Shown here piece after piece: positions 39,401-53,200 of a stretch of 64,000 nt of DNA (positions are counted from its first letter, which is position 1; every line of letters starts with the position of its first letter). The notes beneath the pieces were generated by a model, which worked only from the letters and a program-made list of their open reading frames with translations, was not told the origin of the DNA and did not search any database. The position numbers were made by a program, and so were the translations under genes. This DNA is from Geosiphon pyriformis uo1. Taxonomy: Eukaryota > Fungi > Glomeromycota. Location of the stretch: assembly GCA_016748015.1 (NCBI GenBank), contig JAAOMT010000198.1, forward strand, positions 294,797 to 358,796, read 5' to 3'.

Positions 39401-42400
39401 TGTTTCTGTTTATATTAATAACATTAGTATTGAAATTAACACAGAAGTTTCAGAAACAAAAAAATACACTATCATTGTTAACAATAAATAATTTAAGAAA
39501 ACAAAAGTTCTGTTTAATTATAAACTTTGTAAATTAACTATTAGATACAATAAAACGTTTATTATAGTTAAATATCATCATTAGACAACTTTTTTAGTAC
39601 TTAAACAAAACCAAAAAAAAGAACAATCAGATAATAAAGATGATAAAGATAGTAATAAAAATAAAAACAAAAAAAAAACAAAAAAAAACTACTAAACTTA
39701 TTTATATTATTTTTACCAACAATGGTAAGCCATTAGATAATGTCAAAGCTAACAGAAAAAAAATCATTGTTAATAGCATGCTAATCTGTTGGTTTTACTA
39801 TAATATTCTTAGAAGAACTTTTGATAAAAAGCTTAACAAGAAAGCCAAATACAATTATTGGTAATATGGTTCTTGTGTTTAATGTTAGTGTAATAAATTA
39901 TTGTATTTTTCTAATAATAAATATAAATTTTGTCTAATTTATTACAAAAATTAAAAACCAATTAGCCTAATACCAAGAAAAAAAATAAAGAAAGTACAAA
40001 AGTTTTTTGAAAATAAACTGTTAAAAATACAATCATTAATAGTAGAACAAAAAAACTCTCTCCAGAAGAAAAAAAAGTGAATATTGAAAACCTGTTAGTT
40101 AGAAATAGTCTAGTTATCTCAAAAAAAGATAATATTTCTAAACAAACTTATGTAATACAACATATTATTATCATTAGAGAAACTTGCCCTATTTATTTAA
40201 AGTCTTATCAGTTTAATTATTACAATAATAAATTCATTAAAAAAAAAAAACTGAATAAAAAACTTTAGATTTATACAAGAAACCAAGAATAAATAGGCCT
40301 TTTTAATTGTAGTAATATTCAAAAAAAGTGGAATTTTATGCTTTTGTATCAACTACTGTCAATTAAATATTATTATTAAAAGAAACATATACCCATTTTT
40401 TAAAATTGATGTAATACTAAACTAATTTAATAATACTGCTTTTTTCTTAACTATTAATTTAACTGCTAGATTCTAACAAATAGAAATAAATTCAGAAAGC
40501 AAAAATAAACTGTCTTTATTACCAAGTATAATATTTATAAATTCACAATCATGTTTTTTAGTCTTATTAATACTTCTTCTATTTTTCAATACTTAATAGA
40601 CAAAGTATTTAAATTAGTAAAAAAAAAACTTTGTTTTAGTTTATTTGGATGATATAATAATATACTTAAAAACCTGAAATAAATATCTTAAACATTTACA
40701 AAAAGTTTTTGATCTGCTTAAAAATACTGATTTTAATATCAATTCAATTAAATCTTTTTTTAAACATCAATCTATCTAGTTCCTTGATTATCTTATTATA
40801 AAAGATAAAATTTTCTTTGATTTAGCCAAGATTAAAAAAGTTTAGAATATTAGACAATCAATAAATATATATAAACTATGTTTTTTTCTTGGTTTGGTTT
40901 TTTATTATCACAAATTTGTTAAAAATTTCTCTAAAATTTTTTTTTTTTAATTAGCTATTCAAAAAAAATATCAATTACTACTAAAATATATATTAACAAA
41001 AAACATTTGAAACTTTGAAAAAAAATTGGTTATAAAATTTATTAGTATAAATATTATTAGACTCTTAAAAATAACTCCTAATAACAACAAATACATTATC
41101 ATAGCTATTAACTATCTTATAAAATGGGTAAAAACAAAAGTTATTTCAAACTAAACAGCAGTTTTTATAGCCAATTTTATATATAAATATATTATTTATC
41201 ATCATGGGTGCCCAAGAAAACTTTTATCTTATAAAAAAAAACTTTTTTTAGTATATTAATTAAAGAACTTTGTAGAAAAATAAAAATACATTATAAACTT
41301 TCTTCTTCTTATTACTCATAAACAAATAATTTAATAGAATATTTCAATAAAACACTATATAAAACTCTAACCAAAATTAGTAAAAAAACAACTTTATAAA
41401 ACAAAGTACTGTTTTTAGTTTTGTTTGTTTATAGAACTGTAAATTATAATATAACAATTTATAAACTTTTTTATATATTCTATGGACAAATAACAATTTT
41501 ACCAATAGAAACAAACATTAAAACAATATTTTTAAAAAAAATCACAATAAAAAATTACAAAAACATTTTGCAAAAAAAACTTGGTACTATTCTTAACTTC
41601 TTGGTAAAAGCACAAATAATTGTTTTTGAAAAAATAAAACAGTTTTAAGAAAAGTTTAAGAAAAAAAAAACTTATAAAACACTTTTTTTAAGTGTTAATG
41701 ACTTGGTTTTAGAATACTATTTAAACAGAAATAAAGTATATGATAATAAATTTTCTAGCCAATAGAAAAAACTTTTTATAATTAACAAAATTTTAAACAA
41801 TAATTTTTATATCTTACAAAATTAATATAGAACAATCTTTAATAATTGTTTTGTTTATGGTATATAACTTAAGAAATATTACAAACAATTTAATTAGTTA
41901 TCTGTTGTAGTAATACTGATTCAAATAATTAGCAAAAATCAAATATAAATAAATAAACTATTCTTTAAACAGAGATATCTTTAATTAATATGAACAATTA
42001 TTTCTTGAATTAAAATATTTAAAACATTTTTTATACTCTTCATAAGTATTGGATCAAAAATTATCTAAATGTTATTTTAACTATTAGAAAACAGACAACT
42101 ATAACTAATAACAATAGAACATATATTGTTATTAAACCAAAAAAAACTACTACCAAAAAAGAAAAAATCAGTAGCAAAATAGATAAGTATATACTTAAAA
42201 GTATAACAATAAGCATACTAATATCTTTTAATACAATTAGAAAAACAATTAAAAAAATTTTGCCCATAGACAAAAATCTGTTATATAGAAGACAATTAAA
42301 GCTTTATAATTTACTTGGTAAAATTATAGAAGACTTAAACTTATGAAAAAAACAACTTCAAAGATATAAGTAGAAATTCTGAATATTATACAGTTAGATA

Positions 42401-45400
42401 TTATTACTAGAAAATTTTCATGCTTTTTAATGCAAAAATTACAACACATACAATGAAAATTAACATCAAAATCATGTAAAAAAAACTTATATCATTGCAC
42501 TTAATCAACAAAATCAGCTGGCAATCTGAAAATAAATATTTAGCAATTAATTCAATTACAACAAAGAAATATGGCACAATCTAACAGTTTAACTAAGTTG
42601 AATACAAAGAAATCTTGGCAAACTAAAAAACACCAATGGAAATAAATAATTGATGCATGTAATCAGATAACAACAGACTTTGTTATATTCCAAAATTTCC
42701 ATATGTCTTATTTAGAACAATCCAACATTCTAGATCTGTAATTAATAATTAAAAATGGTTATCAAGAAATATAATCAATTGATTTACTTCTAATTATGTT
42801 GATCATAATCACAATTGGTATTATTAATTTATGATTAATGTTTTAGATCCAGCTATCTAAATCTGATTATCTAAATTACTAGCTCTTGGATAAATAACAA
42901 GTCAAATAAGCTTATCATAAATTAATTAATTCAATGTATATAAATAATTGATGTATTTAAATAGTTCTAATATAGTATGTAGATCTAATGTAATTTAGCT
43001 ATATATACAGCTTTTCTGTTAGCTCAAAAAAGTATCAGTTCAATACTAAGCCAATTCTTTGTTATAGTTTTATAGTGAGCAATTAGTTCTTTCTTCTACT
43101 TTTTATTCTTTTTTTTTTCTTTCTATGCTTTAAATACTTGTTATCACAATCTCAAATATGCTTTTCCATATTTTTTATCACTATTTGGAATCATGTTGTT
43201 TATAATCATTTACCTACTTGTTATTATTATTTCAAGTTGTTTTATTACTTCCAATTTTTTAAATCATGTATTATTACTATTTTATATTAAGTTTTGTTTT
43301 ACCAAACAAGTTGTTAAATATAAAAAAATAAGTAATAAAATATTATATTGTTAAAGAGTGGTCTCAACAATAAAAAGTTTAATCAAAAATCTATTTCAGT
43401 TATGTTTAACTTTTATAATCCTTTTTATAATTTCTATAACTTCATTTTCAAAGTGATTATTTGAACACCACACTCTTTTGACAATTAATTGAAAAAATTC
43501 TGGTTATGTATTTATTAAAGTAGTTGGTTTTACTTCTGTTGTTAATTGTGTTTCTGATACATATAAAAAAATGTAACTTTTTTTTTTAAAAATACTTAAG
43601 ACTAATTTTTGCTTAAAAACAAATAATAATAACAATACTTTCTTTCACTTTTTATGACTTTATTATGTACTTTTTTTTGCTCTCCCACCTACTAAAATAG
43701 TCTATATACCCATTATATATTATAGTCAATAACATAATTATGGTAATGTGTATTACTAGTTGAGCTAAAAAATGTTTCCAAATAATAACAAAAACCATTG
43801 ATAACATATGGTGTCTCTTGTTGTCAATATAGAGACAACTATAAACATTTTAATAATCTTTAGATATTTCAAAGACTTTGATCTTCTCTAGAAAAGAAGA
43901 AAAATTTAACAATTTGCAAGAGCTCATTTTTCAAAGATGGAAAAAATGTTATTGGAAAATTTTCATGCTTTTTAATACAAAAATTACAACACATACAATG
44001 GAAATTAACATCAAAATTATGCAAAAAATGTCTACATTATTGCACTTAATCAACAAAATCAGCCAGCAATCTGAAAATAAATGATCAGTAATCAATTCAA
44101 TTACAACAAAGAAATATGGCACAATCTAATAATTTAACTAAGTTGGATACAAAAAAATCTTGGCAAACTAAAAAACACCAATGAAAATGAATGATTGATG
44201 CATGTAATCAGATAATAACAGGCTTTGTTATGCTCCAAGATTTTTATATGCCTTATTTAAAACAATTCAAGATTTCAGATCTGTGATTAATGGTTAAAAA
44301 TAGTTATCAAGAAATGTAATCAATTAATCTATTTCTGATTATGTTGATCATAATCACAATTGGTATTATTAATTTATAATTAATGTTCTAGATCCAGTCA
44401 TTTAAATCTGATTATTTAAATTACTAGCTCTTAAATAAATAACAAATTAAGTAAGCTTATCATGAATTAATTAATTCAATGTATATAAATAATTGATATA
44501 TTTAAATAATTCTAATATAGTATATAGATTTAATGTAATTTAGCTATATATATAGCCTCTCTGTTAGCTTAGAAAAGTATTAGTTCAATACTGAGTCAAC
44601 TCTTTGCTATAGTTTTATAGTGAGCAGTTGGTCTTTTTTTCTACTTTTTATTCTTTTTATTCTTTTTTTTATGCTCTAAATACTTGTTATTACAATCTCA
44701 AGTATGCTTTTCCATATTTTTTATTACCATTTGGAATCACATTGTTTATAATCTTTTGCCTACTTGTTATCACTATTTTAAGTTGTTTTATTACTTCCAA
44801 TCTTTTAAATCATGTGTTATTACTATTTTACATTAAGTCTTGTTTCACCAAACAAATTGTTAATTATAAAAAAATAAATAATAAAATATCATGTTGTTAG
44901 AAAATAGTCTTAACAATAAAAAGTTTAATCAAAAATCTATTTCAGTTATGTTTGACTTTTATAATCCTTTTTATAATTCTTATAACTTTATTTTCAAAGC
45001 AAACATTTGAACACCATACCTTTTTAACAATTAATTGAAAGAATTCTGGTTATATATTTATTAGAGTAGTTGGTTTTATTTTTGTTGTTGGTTGTGCTTC
45101 TAATACATATAAAAAGATGTGACTTTTCTTTCCCTTTTAAAATATCTAAGACTGGTTTTTGTCCAAAAACAAATAATAATAACAATACTTTCTTTTACTT
45201 TTAATGACTTTATTATGTATCTTTTTTTGTTCTTCTACCTACTAAAATAGTCTATACACTTATAATATATTATAGTTAATAGCATAATTATGGTAATGTG
45301 TATTACCAGTTAAGCTAAAAAATGTTTCCAAATAATGACAAAAACCACTGATAACAATGTCTTAAGAATTTTAACTATTGTTAAAAGAGCCAAAACTTTT

Positions 45401-46270
45401 ATACAAAAATTTGGTTTGTTGAATATAAAGCTTATTTTACTTTAAATATTATATATTTTATTTATAAAAAATTTCAACAAATTAGTTAGTTTCGAATTAG
45501 ATAAAATTCTTTAATTAAATTATTTCATAAATAATTTTGTCAGAGTTTAATCTCTTTAAAAAAGATAATATTATGATTAAAAACCATATTTTTTATTAAT
45601 TATTACATATATTAGTCATTAATATTACATAATTAGCCACCTTATTTTTAAATAGTAATTAATTAACTTAATTATTAACTTAATCAATAATCTGATTATT
45701 AATTTGACTGTTGATCTAATTATTGATTACTTTTAATAACTATATAAGTAATAAATCTCTTAACTGTAAAAAAACATAATCAAAGTAATAAAATAAAACC
45801 AATTATTAATTACTTTCTCTTATATTGCTTATTTTCTTTTCTTTACTTTTAAAAATTTAAATATCTTAAGATAAAAAATTACTTGTTGGTATTTATATAC
45901 TTTATCTTTTCTCTTTTTTGATTTGTATTGTTAGAATTAGTCTGAAAAGTAATTGCTTGTTCTTGTAATTTTTTGAATAAAAAAATAATTGAAAAGCACA
46001 ATAATACTTGTTATTGATTTTAAGAATTACTGAATTAAAACATAAAATAATAATAGTAGTATTATCTTATTAACAATTATGAACTATTTTTTTATCTTTA
46101 AATTTTTAAAAAAGATTTATAACTGTAATTTTTATAAGACTAATTATACATATTGAATTTTTACTTATTCAATTCACTTTTTTATTGTAATTCTCTCTTT
46201 AATTTATTTCATTACTTTACAATTCTGTTTTTTTTTGCTATTTATTAGTTTGTTACTCCAATTCATAACA
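36463..46270 (+). mobile_element. Ty3/Gypsy LTR retrotransposon, degenerate (5' LTR 36463-37172, 3' LTR 45569-46270)
   Basis: Direct ~700-bp LTRs and TSD atat (36459-36462 / 46271-46274). PBS tggtgttttttgtgaag at ~37179. Gag knuckle relic YYCELTEHFSKNY at ~38572; protease relic LILNSK at ~39259; RT YPFFKID and VYLDDII (YLDD 40642-40653); integrase NKYIIIAINYLIKWV, HHGCPRKLLS and *TNNLIEYFNKTL. The order PR-RT-IN is Gypsy-type. Confidence 0.9.
42402..45356 (+). mobile_element. Nested non-autonomous LTR element: LTR 42402-43806, 140-bp internal core 43807-43946, LTR 43947-45356
   Basis: Two colinear ~1.4-kb direct repeats with T(G/A)TTA...TAACA ends. TGGTGTCTCTTGT (PBS) begins at 43809, and purine-rich aaagatggaaaaaa lies directly before LTR2. 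TSD atat (42398-42401) / atgt (45357-45360). Confidence 0.85.
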
Positions 46271-47279
46271 ATATAAAAGACTTAACTAAAACTTTTAGAT
46301 TATAAAATCTTTAAAAATTACTATCATCAACAACTATTGAACACTAAGCTGTAAATTCGTTATTTGTTTTAATATCCCAAATAATTATTTGTAACAATAT
46401 TATGACTATATTTTATCAAGTTTATTCATAAAACTATTCATATAGAAAAGATGTTAAATTATACTGTTTTATACTATATTAATTTTTTAATTACCAAAAA
46501 AAGTTGAAAAAATACTTTATTACTTTTTTTTATTCAGATAAAAAATTATTTAAATAATATAAACAATAATTATATTAAATTATTTACTAATAATATTGCA
46601 AATTTAAATTTTATATTATTAATTAATATTAAAAAAATGTTTTTTATAATTAATAACAAAATAGTTTCTAAGAATACATATTATTTTATAAAAAATTTAT
46701 TTAATTTATTTAATTTTATAAAATAAAAATATGTATATATTTTATAATTTTAAATAGCATATAATTTATTAATTAATTAAAATATAAAAATACAATTTAA
46801 TTTAAATATTAAACTATAATTTTTTTTTATTTCTTAATTATAAAACTTTCTAAAACTTCAAGTTATAAAAAATTTAGTTCTTTTTTTAAGAATACTTTAT
46901 GACTTTATAAGACTAATACTTATTTAAAATTAACAAAAAAATTATCAATTGAATTAATAAATCACTTTTATTTAGCTAATTATTTTTGTTATCTTGGATG
47001 TTGGTTTTTTTTTGTATAATAAAATTAATAAAAGTATTAAAAAATATGTATTACAAATAAAACAACAAAAATAAATATAATTGTTTGTAATTAAAGAATA
47101 ATAAACATTATATTTAAATATTTTCACTTTTTTATAATACTCTAATATGTAAAGCAAATTTAAGTAATAACCATCTTTTTTTTTGTTACAGATAGAAAAA
47201 ACTTATTATTTTTTATAAAAAAAATAACTGCTTTTTTATATTATTTAGGTAAGCAACAGAAAATATTTTTATATTTTTT

Positions 47280-50200
47280 GATATTAAAAGAATATTAACA
47301 TATTTTGGTATAATTTTTTAGTATTGTTAAGACACAAATTTATTGGTATTTTTTTATTATACTTTGAAAATATGATATTAACAAAAAAAAAGTTTTTTTA
47401 TTAGTATATTATATTATAACTGCTTTTTAAAGATAGGATTTTGTTTTCAAAAAGCAAACAAGATCTCTTCAACATAATAAAAGTTTTTTATTGCAAGCTC
47501 TAAATTAATTACTTGGTTCTAAAAATTAAGATAAGAATCATATTTTATTAATTAATAATATTATTTTAGCAAGTTTTTAAAAAAGTATTGTCATATTATA
47601 CTTAATTAAATTATATGTCAATTAACCAAAAACATGTATTTTAACTAAAAAATAATCAAAATTAAATGCACAAAATATTTTATAATATTCAAAAATGATT
47701 TTATATGGTAAAAATTTTTGTCTGGGCCTTTATTAACTAAAAAAATTCAGATAAGTTTGATTTAACTATTAATTTTCAATATTTTATTAAAATAAATATT
47801 TTATGTTAATAAATTTAAGTTACTTATATAAATAATAAAGTTTGTATTAACTTTATATTGTAAATAAATAAAAATTATAATTGATTATTGCAAAAGATAT
47901 TATTTATATTACTTGAATTTATTAGCAAATAAATCAATAAAATTAATTTTTGCTGTATGTTAATTAAAAAATTATAATCCAATAGTATAATTGGCTCTTA
48001 AAAACTTTGCATGATTTGAAAAGTTTTTTCAATTGTAAAAATACCAAAAGAAATTTTGGTTTTGTTATTCTATAAAATAATTACAGATTAAGTAAAAATT
48101 AAAACTGCAAATTGTTTAACTTTTTTCATTGAAACAAGACAATAGTATTTATCAAAGTATTTTTTTCATTTTATAAAACAAAAACAATTACAATATTGAC
48201 TAAATAGTAATAAGCTTTTGTTAATATTGTAGTTAATTAATATGGCAATAAATAATTATTTAGAATAATACAAAAAAAATATTTATTATATTTTGAATTT
48301 AAAGCTTTATAAAAATAATTAATAGTTTTAACTTTTATAATTTCTTTTTTTTTTGTCTGTAGCTTCAAATTTAATACATTTATAAATATATTTATATAAT
48401 TCTGAATATTAAATTAAAAAAAATAGGCAATTAAGTAAGTTATATTTTATAACTTTTTAATGTTTTTTTAAGATTTTTGCTTTTTTTGTACAATTTTTAT
48501 TTTGGTATTTTGCATAATACTTTAATTTTTTTAGTCTTATTATGCAAAATTTCCTTAAGATTTGTAATATAGATCAAAAAATTATCCCAAATTTCCATGT
48601 TAGTAATAAAATTATAGATTTGTTGAAGTTTAATAAACTTTTTATTATTTGTGTTAATGGTTTTTACAGTTTTTTTCTGTGTTAAAACATTAAGAAAAGT
48701 TATGTTATCTATAATAATCTCTTTAATTGTTTTTGAAATAATTAAAGTTAAGATGGTTTAAATAGTTTTAAAGTTTTGAAATAATAGTATTGATTGTAAA
48801 AAATGCAAAAATCTTGAATTAAAATTGAAATTGTTAAATATTTTTTAATTTTCTTTTCAATTTTTTGCAAAGATTTATGCCAAATTTCTTTCTATATATT
48901 AGTATACTTGGTATATAAATTGAACTTTTAATATGTTAAATTTTTTGTGTTTACTATATAACTATATCCAAATATATTACAAAATCTCTAGTGTTAATTT
49001 GTAAAAGTTTTATAAATATAAAACTTATTATATTATAATATAGTTAAAAAAACTTGTATATTAAAAAAATTTAGCAATAAATAAAATCAAAAATACAATA
49101 TTAAAAATATAAAAAACTTCTCTTTTTCTTACTTCCACAAATTCTCAAAAAGCATTTTTCTGAAGAAGTTTTTTATTTTTTCCTTGTTAGTATTTCACAA
49201 TTTTTCTTTCTAATAACTTTTTTTTTGTGAATTTGAAGGTTACTTCTAATAGCAACATGTCTAAAAAAAAGGCACCAAAGAATGTTTTTTATGGTCCTGC
49301 AGGTGATTCTTTTTCACAGAAAAAAAGAGTTGTGCTTGGAAATGTTAAACATTCTGGTGATAAAAAAAATATCTCTCTGAACATGTCTGAGCTTGATAAC
49401 AATGTGTTTTCTGATGTGGATCGTCTGTTTGGTAATGAAAAAAGTACTAATATAAATGGCATTAATGTTGGATCTCTTCTGGGTTCAGCTGCCAATACTC
49501 TTAAAGCAAAGTGTGTCAATACTGGTGCTGGTTTTGGTTCCCTGCTTGGTTCTTCCAACTTTGACATAAATGATGATGATGAAGTATCTCTTCCTTTTAG
49601 CCTTTCAATCTCTCTGAATAAAAAGTGGGTTGATTCCAAAATTATCAAAATTCAGGTGAAAGTCTCAGCTAGGAAATCATTTGCTTTGGACATTAATCTC
49701 TTGGCTGTGAAAAGAAAATTGGTGACAGCAAAAACCCAACTCATTAGAAAGATTTTTTCAACAATCAATGGTTTTGAGAGGGCCACTACCTCCTCAAAAT
49801 TTGAAAAAATTATTCAATTAATGTTTACTTCTGAGAAAAACTTGATTAAGACTACATCATTGGCCAAAAAGAAGAGGATCATTGTAAACAGCAATCTCAA
49901 GAAACAAGGAATTTGTTCAGATTAAAAGAAATTCCCATGGATACACCAAAGGAAATGATCGTCGCTGCTCTAGCTAAGTTTGGCGAAATTAAGTCAATCA
50001 AAATTCAATTGATTGGAATGTGGCAAAAAGCTGTGGTAGAATTTGCTGAACTAGATCAGACTAAATGTTTGGCTATTAAATGGTCCTTTTTAATTAATAA
50101 AAACTCAATACATATGGCTATAACTGTGAAAGATCACAATACTTGGGCATCTAGGAATCAATTTAGAGCTTTGCTGTTTACTCTGCTGATGAGAACAACT

Positions 50201-53200
50201 GCTCATGATCTGGGCACTCTTTTGGATAAGGTTGGTGAGAAAACCTGCATCATCAATTATTCATTGAATTCTGGTAACTGGGTTTGTTATGCTGTGGTTG
50301 GTTTTGAATCTGAAGAGAATTTGGAGTCTGTATATCACACTAAGCCAATATATGGTGGTGTTAAACTTTTTTGGGCTAGGTTGAATTTGGTTCATTATGA
50401 GAATTGTGGACATTTTAGTCATTCTACTGTAGAGTGTAATGTACTAATTGTATCTGGTATTAGATCTTCAAAGTCTGTTAAAAGGGTTGCTTCAGAAGAG
50501 CATCATCTTCAGCTGGCAAAACTGTATGCAAAAAAGGGTGTTCCCATCTCCTGTCTTGCTGTTTTTGGTAGCAGGTCTTGGGTGCAAGTGGTTTTACTTG
50601 CTTCTTCTTCTGATGATTCTCTTTTTGGTTTGGGTTCTGGATCTAGATTTTCTTCTCTTGGTATTTTGCATAATAAAGGGAGCACACTAGTTGATCATGT
50701 TGATTCCTCAATAAATAATCATTTAACTTCACTAGAATGCTCTTTGAAATTGCTGGCTGATCAGGTGTCAAATATATTGTGCAGGTTGAATGGCATGGAG
50801 TTGGTGTCTCTGATGTCTGCCTCTAATATTAGACTGCCAATTAGTTCTGCTTCTGTAAAATTGGTGTTAGATGCTGATATAGTTCTGAATGTCTTACAGC
50901 TGTCGCTTTTTCCTCTATTTCTTGTTGTTAAAGGCAAGACTGTGAATTTGGGTTTGAGTAGTTCAAAGGTTTTTATTTTCAAGGTCAGCAGTTTGGAATC
51001 TAAGATAATAGCTCTTGAAGTTTTTATTGGCTCAATTTTGGGGAAGTTAGATCTATTGTGTGTGAATTTGGGCTCTTTGGCACATTATTTACATTAATGA
51101 GTGAGCTCATTTAAAGAGTGGCTACATGTAATATTAGGGGTATGACAAATTTATCTAAACAGAATAATATTGTTTGTTGACATAAAGAGTTAGGCAACAT
51201 GATTTCTATTGTTACTAAAACAAAATTGAAATCTGATGTTAGACCTTAGATTATGAATAAGTTTGATGGAATTCAGATTTTTACTACTGGTTTGGATGTT
51301 GGGTTTTGTGGTGTTAGAGTTACTATAATTATAGACACTTTTTTGGCTTGACATGTATTGAAAGTGGAGAAGATTCTTGGTTATTTAATTTCTGTATGTC
51401 TTTTGTTTAAAAACAAGCTTTCAATTACAATCTTGGGTCTGTATGCTGGTACATCTGTTGGCACACATTTTGGTCAAGCTGCTAATATTAATTTTATGGT
51501 TTCTAAGGTGGTTAATTCCAGCTCTTTTGTGATTTTGGGTGGTAATTTTAATGAAAATGGATCTCAAAAAAGTGCAAGTTTCAAGTTCTGTTTGGGGTTG
51601 GGCCTGGTTAACACTTTTGTTGGACATTCACTGGCTAAAGCTCCTACTTAGAGCAATTTTAGAGGTGTTAAAAAGGTAATTGATTTTATTCTAGTGAGTG
51701 GGAATTTGGCATCTGCTATTGCATCACATAAAGTTGATGATGTGTCTGAGTTCTTTAACACAAATCATAAGTCAGTTTTAGTTTCAATTGGTTTGGGTGG
51801 ACTACTGGATGCCTGTCTTATTAGTATTCGCAAGCAAGCCAACTGAGATTGGTGAAAGTTTAAATTAAAGAATGCAGATGATGTTTAATGGTTAAGTTTT
51901 AAAGATCATTTATCTGCTGAGTTGTTGGTTAGATCAGACATGTTTGAAGAGGCAAGAGACAATGGTGACTTAAATACAATGTAGAAAATACTGGAGGAAG
52001 CTGTGATACAAGCTGCTAATACAGTTTTCTCTAAGATTTGGTATAGTGAGTACAACTGTTTGAGGAATAAACAATCTTCAAAATTCTTTAAATTAAAACT
52101 GTTTGTCACAAAGATTGTGAAATGCTGAAATTCTGATAATCTATTGGATTTTAACTGTCTTGTTAAGGTCTGGTTGGCTATTGATGAAGTTGAAGCTTCC
52201 AAGATTAATAGTATGATTTTGACTAGTGTAAGCTCAATGGATTTGATTAAACATTTATCGGTAATAAGAAAAAAGTATCATAAATTCAAGTATTGCAAGT
52301 CTAAGATTGCTAAGGATACTACTATAAGAAAGACAATTGACCAGCATATGGAAAGATTTTGTTCTAACAAAGAAAGAATGATAAAGAGTGTTCTAAAATG
52401 TCTATTTTACAAAATAGTTTTGGATCACTTAGTAGTGAATGATGAGCTGGTGTTTGAGCCTAATGAAATAAAGCTCAAGATTGATGAAATTATGGAAGGA
52501 TGGACAAAAAAGTAATCAGTTCTTCCAAAAATGCCTGACCTTTGGTTTCAACAATATATGCTTCTAGATTATATAGATAGTAATGCCTTTTCTGGTGTGA
52601 TGAATGAAATTGGTATGGAAGAATTGTCTTTGGTTGTTGATAATTTGCCAAATGATAAGACTGCTGGGTTGTTAGAGATACCTAATGAGCTTTGAAAGCA
52701 TTGTGGTAAGGAGATTTTGGTCTGTTTATTGGGACTGTTAAATTTGTGCTTAAGCCAGGATGCAGTTCCTGATCTTTGAAAGAGAGCATGGATTTCAATG
52801 ATTCCAAAACTTTATGAGTAGAATGGTGTTTTGACAAATACTAGACTTATTGCATTAGTCAATACTGCATGTAAAATACTATCTAAAATTCTTTCTGATC
52901 AGATATCTTTGGCTTGTAACAAGTTTAATGTTCTTTGTGGTAACAATTTTTTGGTGTTAAAGGGTACTTCAACCCAGTCTCCTATTTTTGCTATTGGATT
53001 AGTTGTTGAAAATGCTCTGGAGAAAAACAGAGAATTTTGGTTAGTACTGCAGAATATGTACAAAGCTTATAATTCAGTAGACTGGCATCATTTGCAAGTG
53101 AGCTTGTATTGTATCAAAATATGTAAACATTTCATCAAATTTTTTGGTTATATCTATGAAAACTGGGTCAACTGAGTGATAACAGACTTTGGGCTATTAG

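Noticed and set aside
42402-45356. Simple 1.5-kb tandem duplication encoding an env-like membrane protein (ORF 44628-44900)
   Set aside because: The units have LTR termini, PBS, PPT and TSD. The hydrophobic ORF lies within the LTR and its composition is explained by T-richness.
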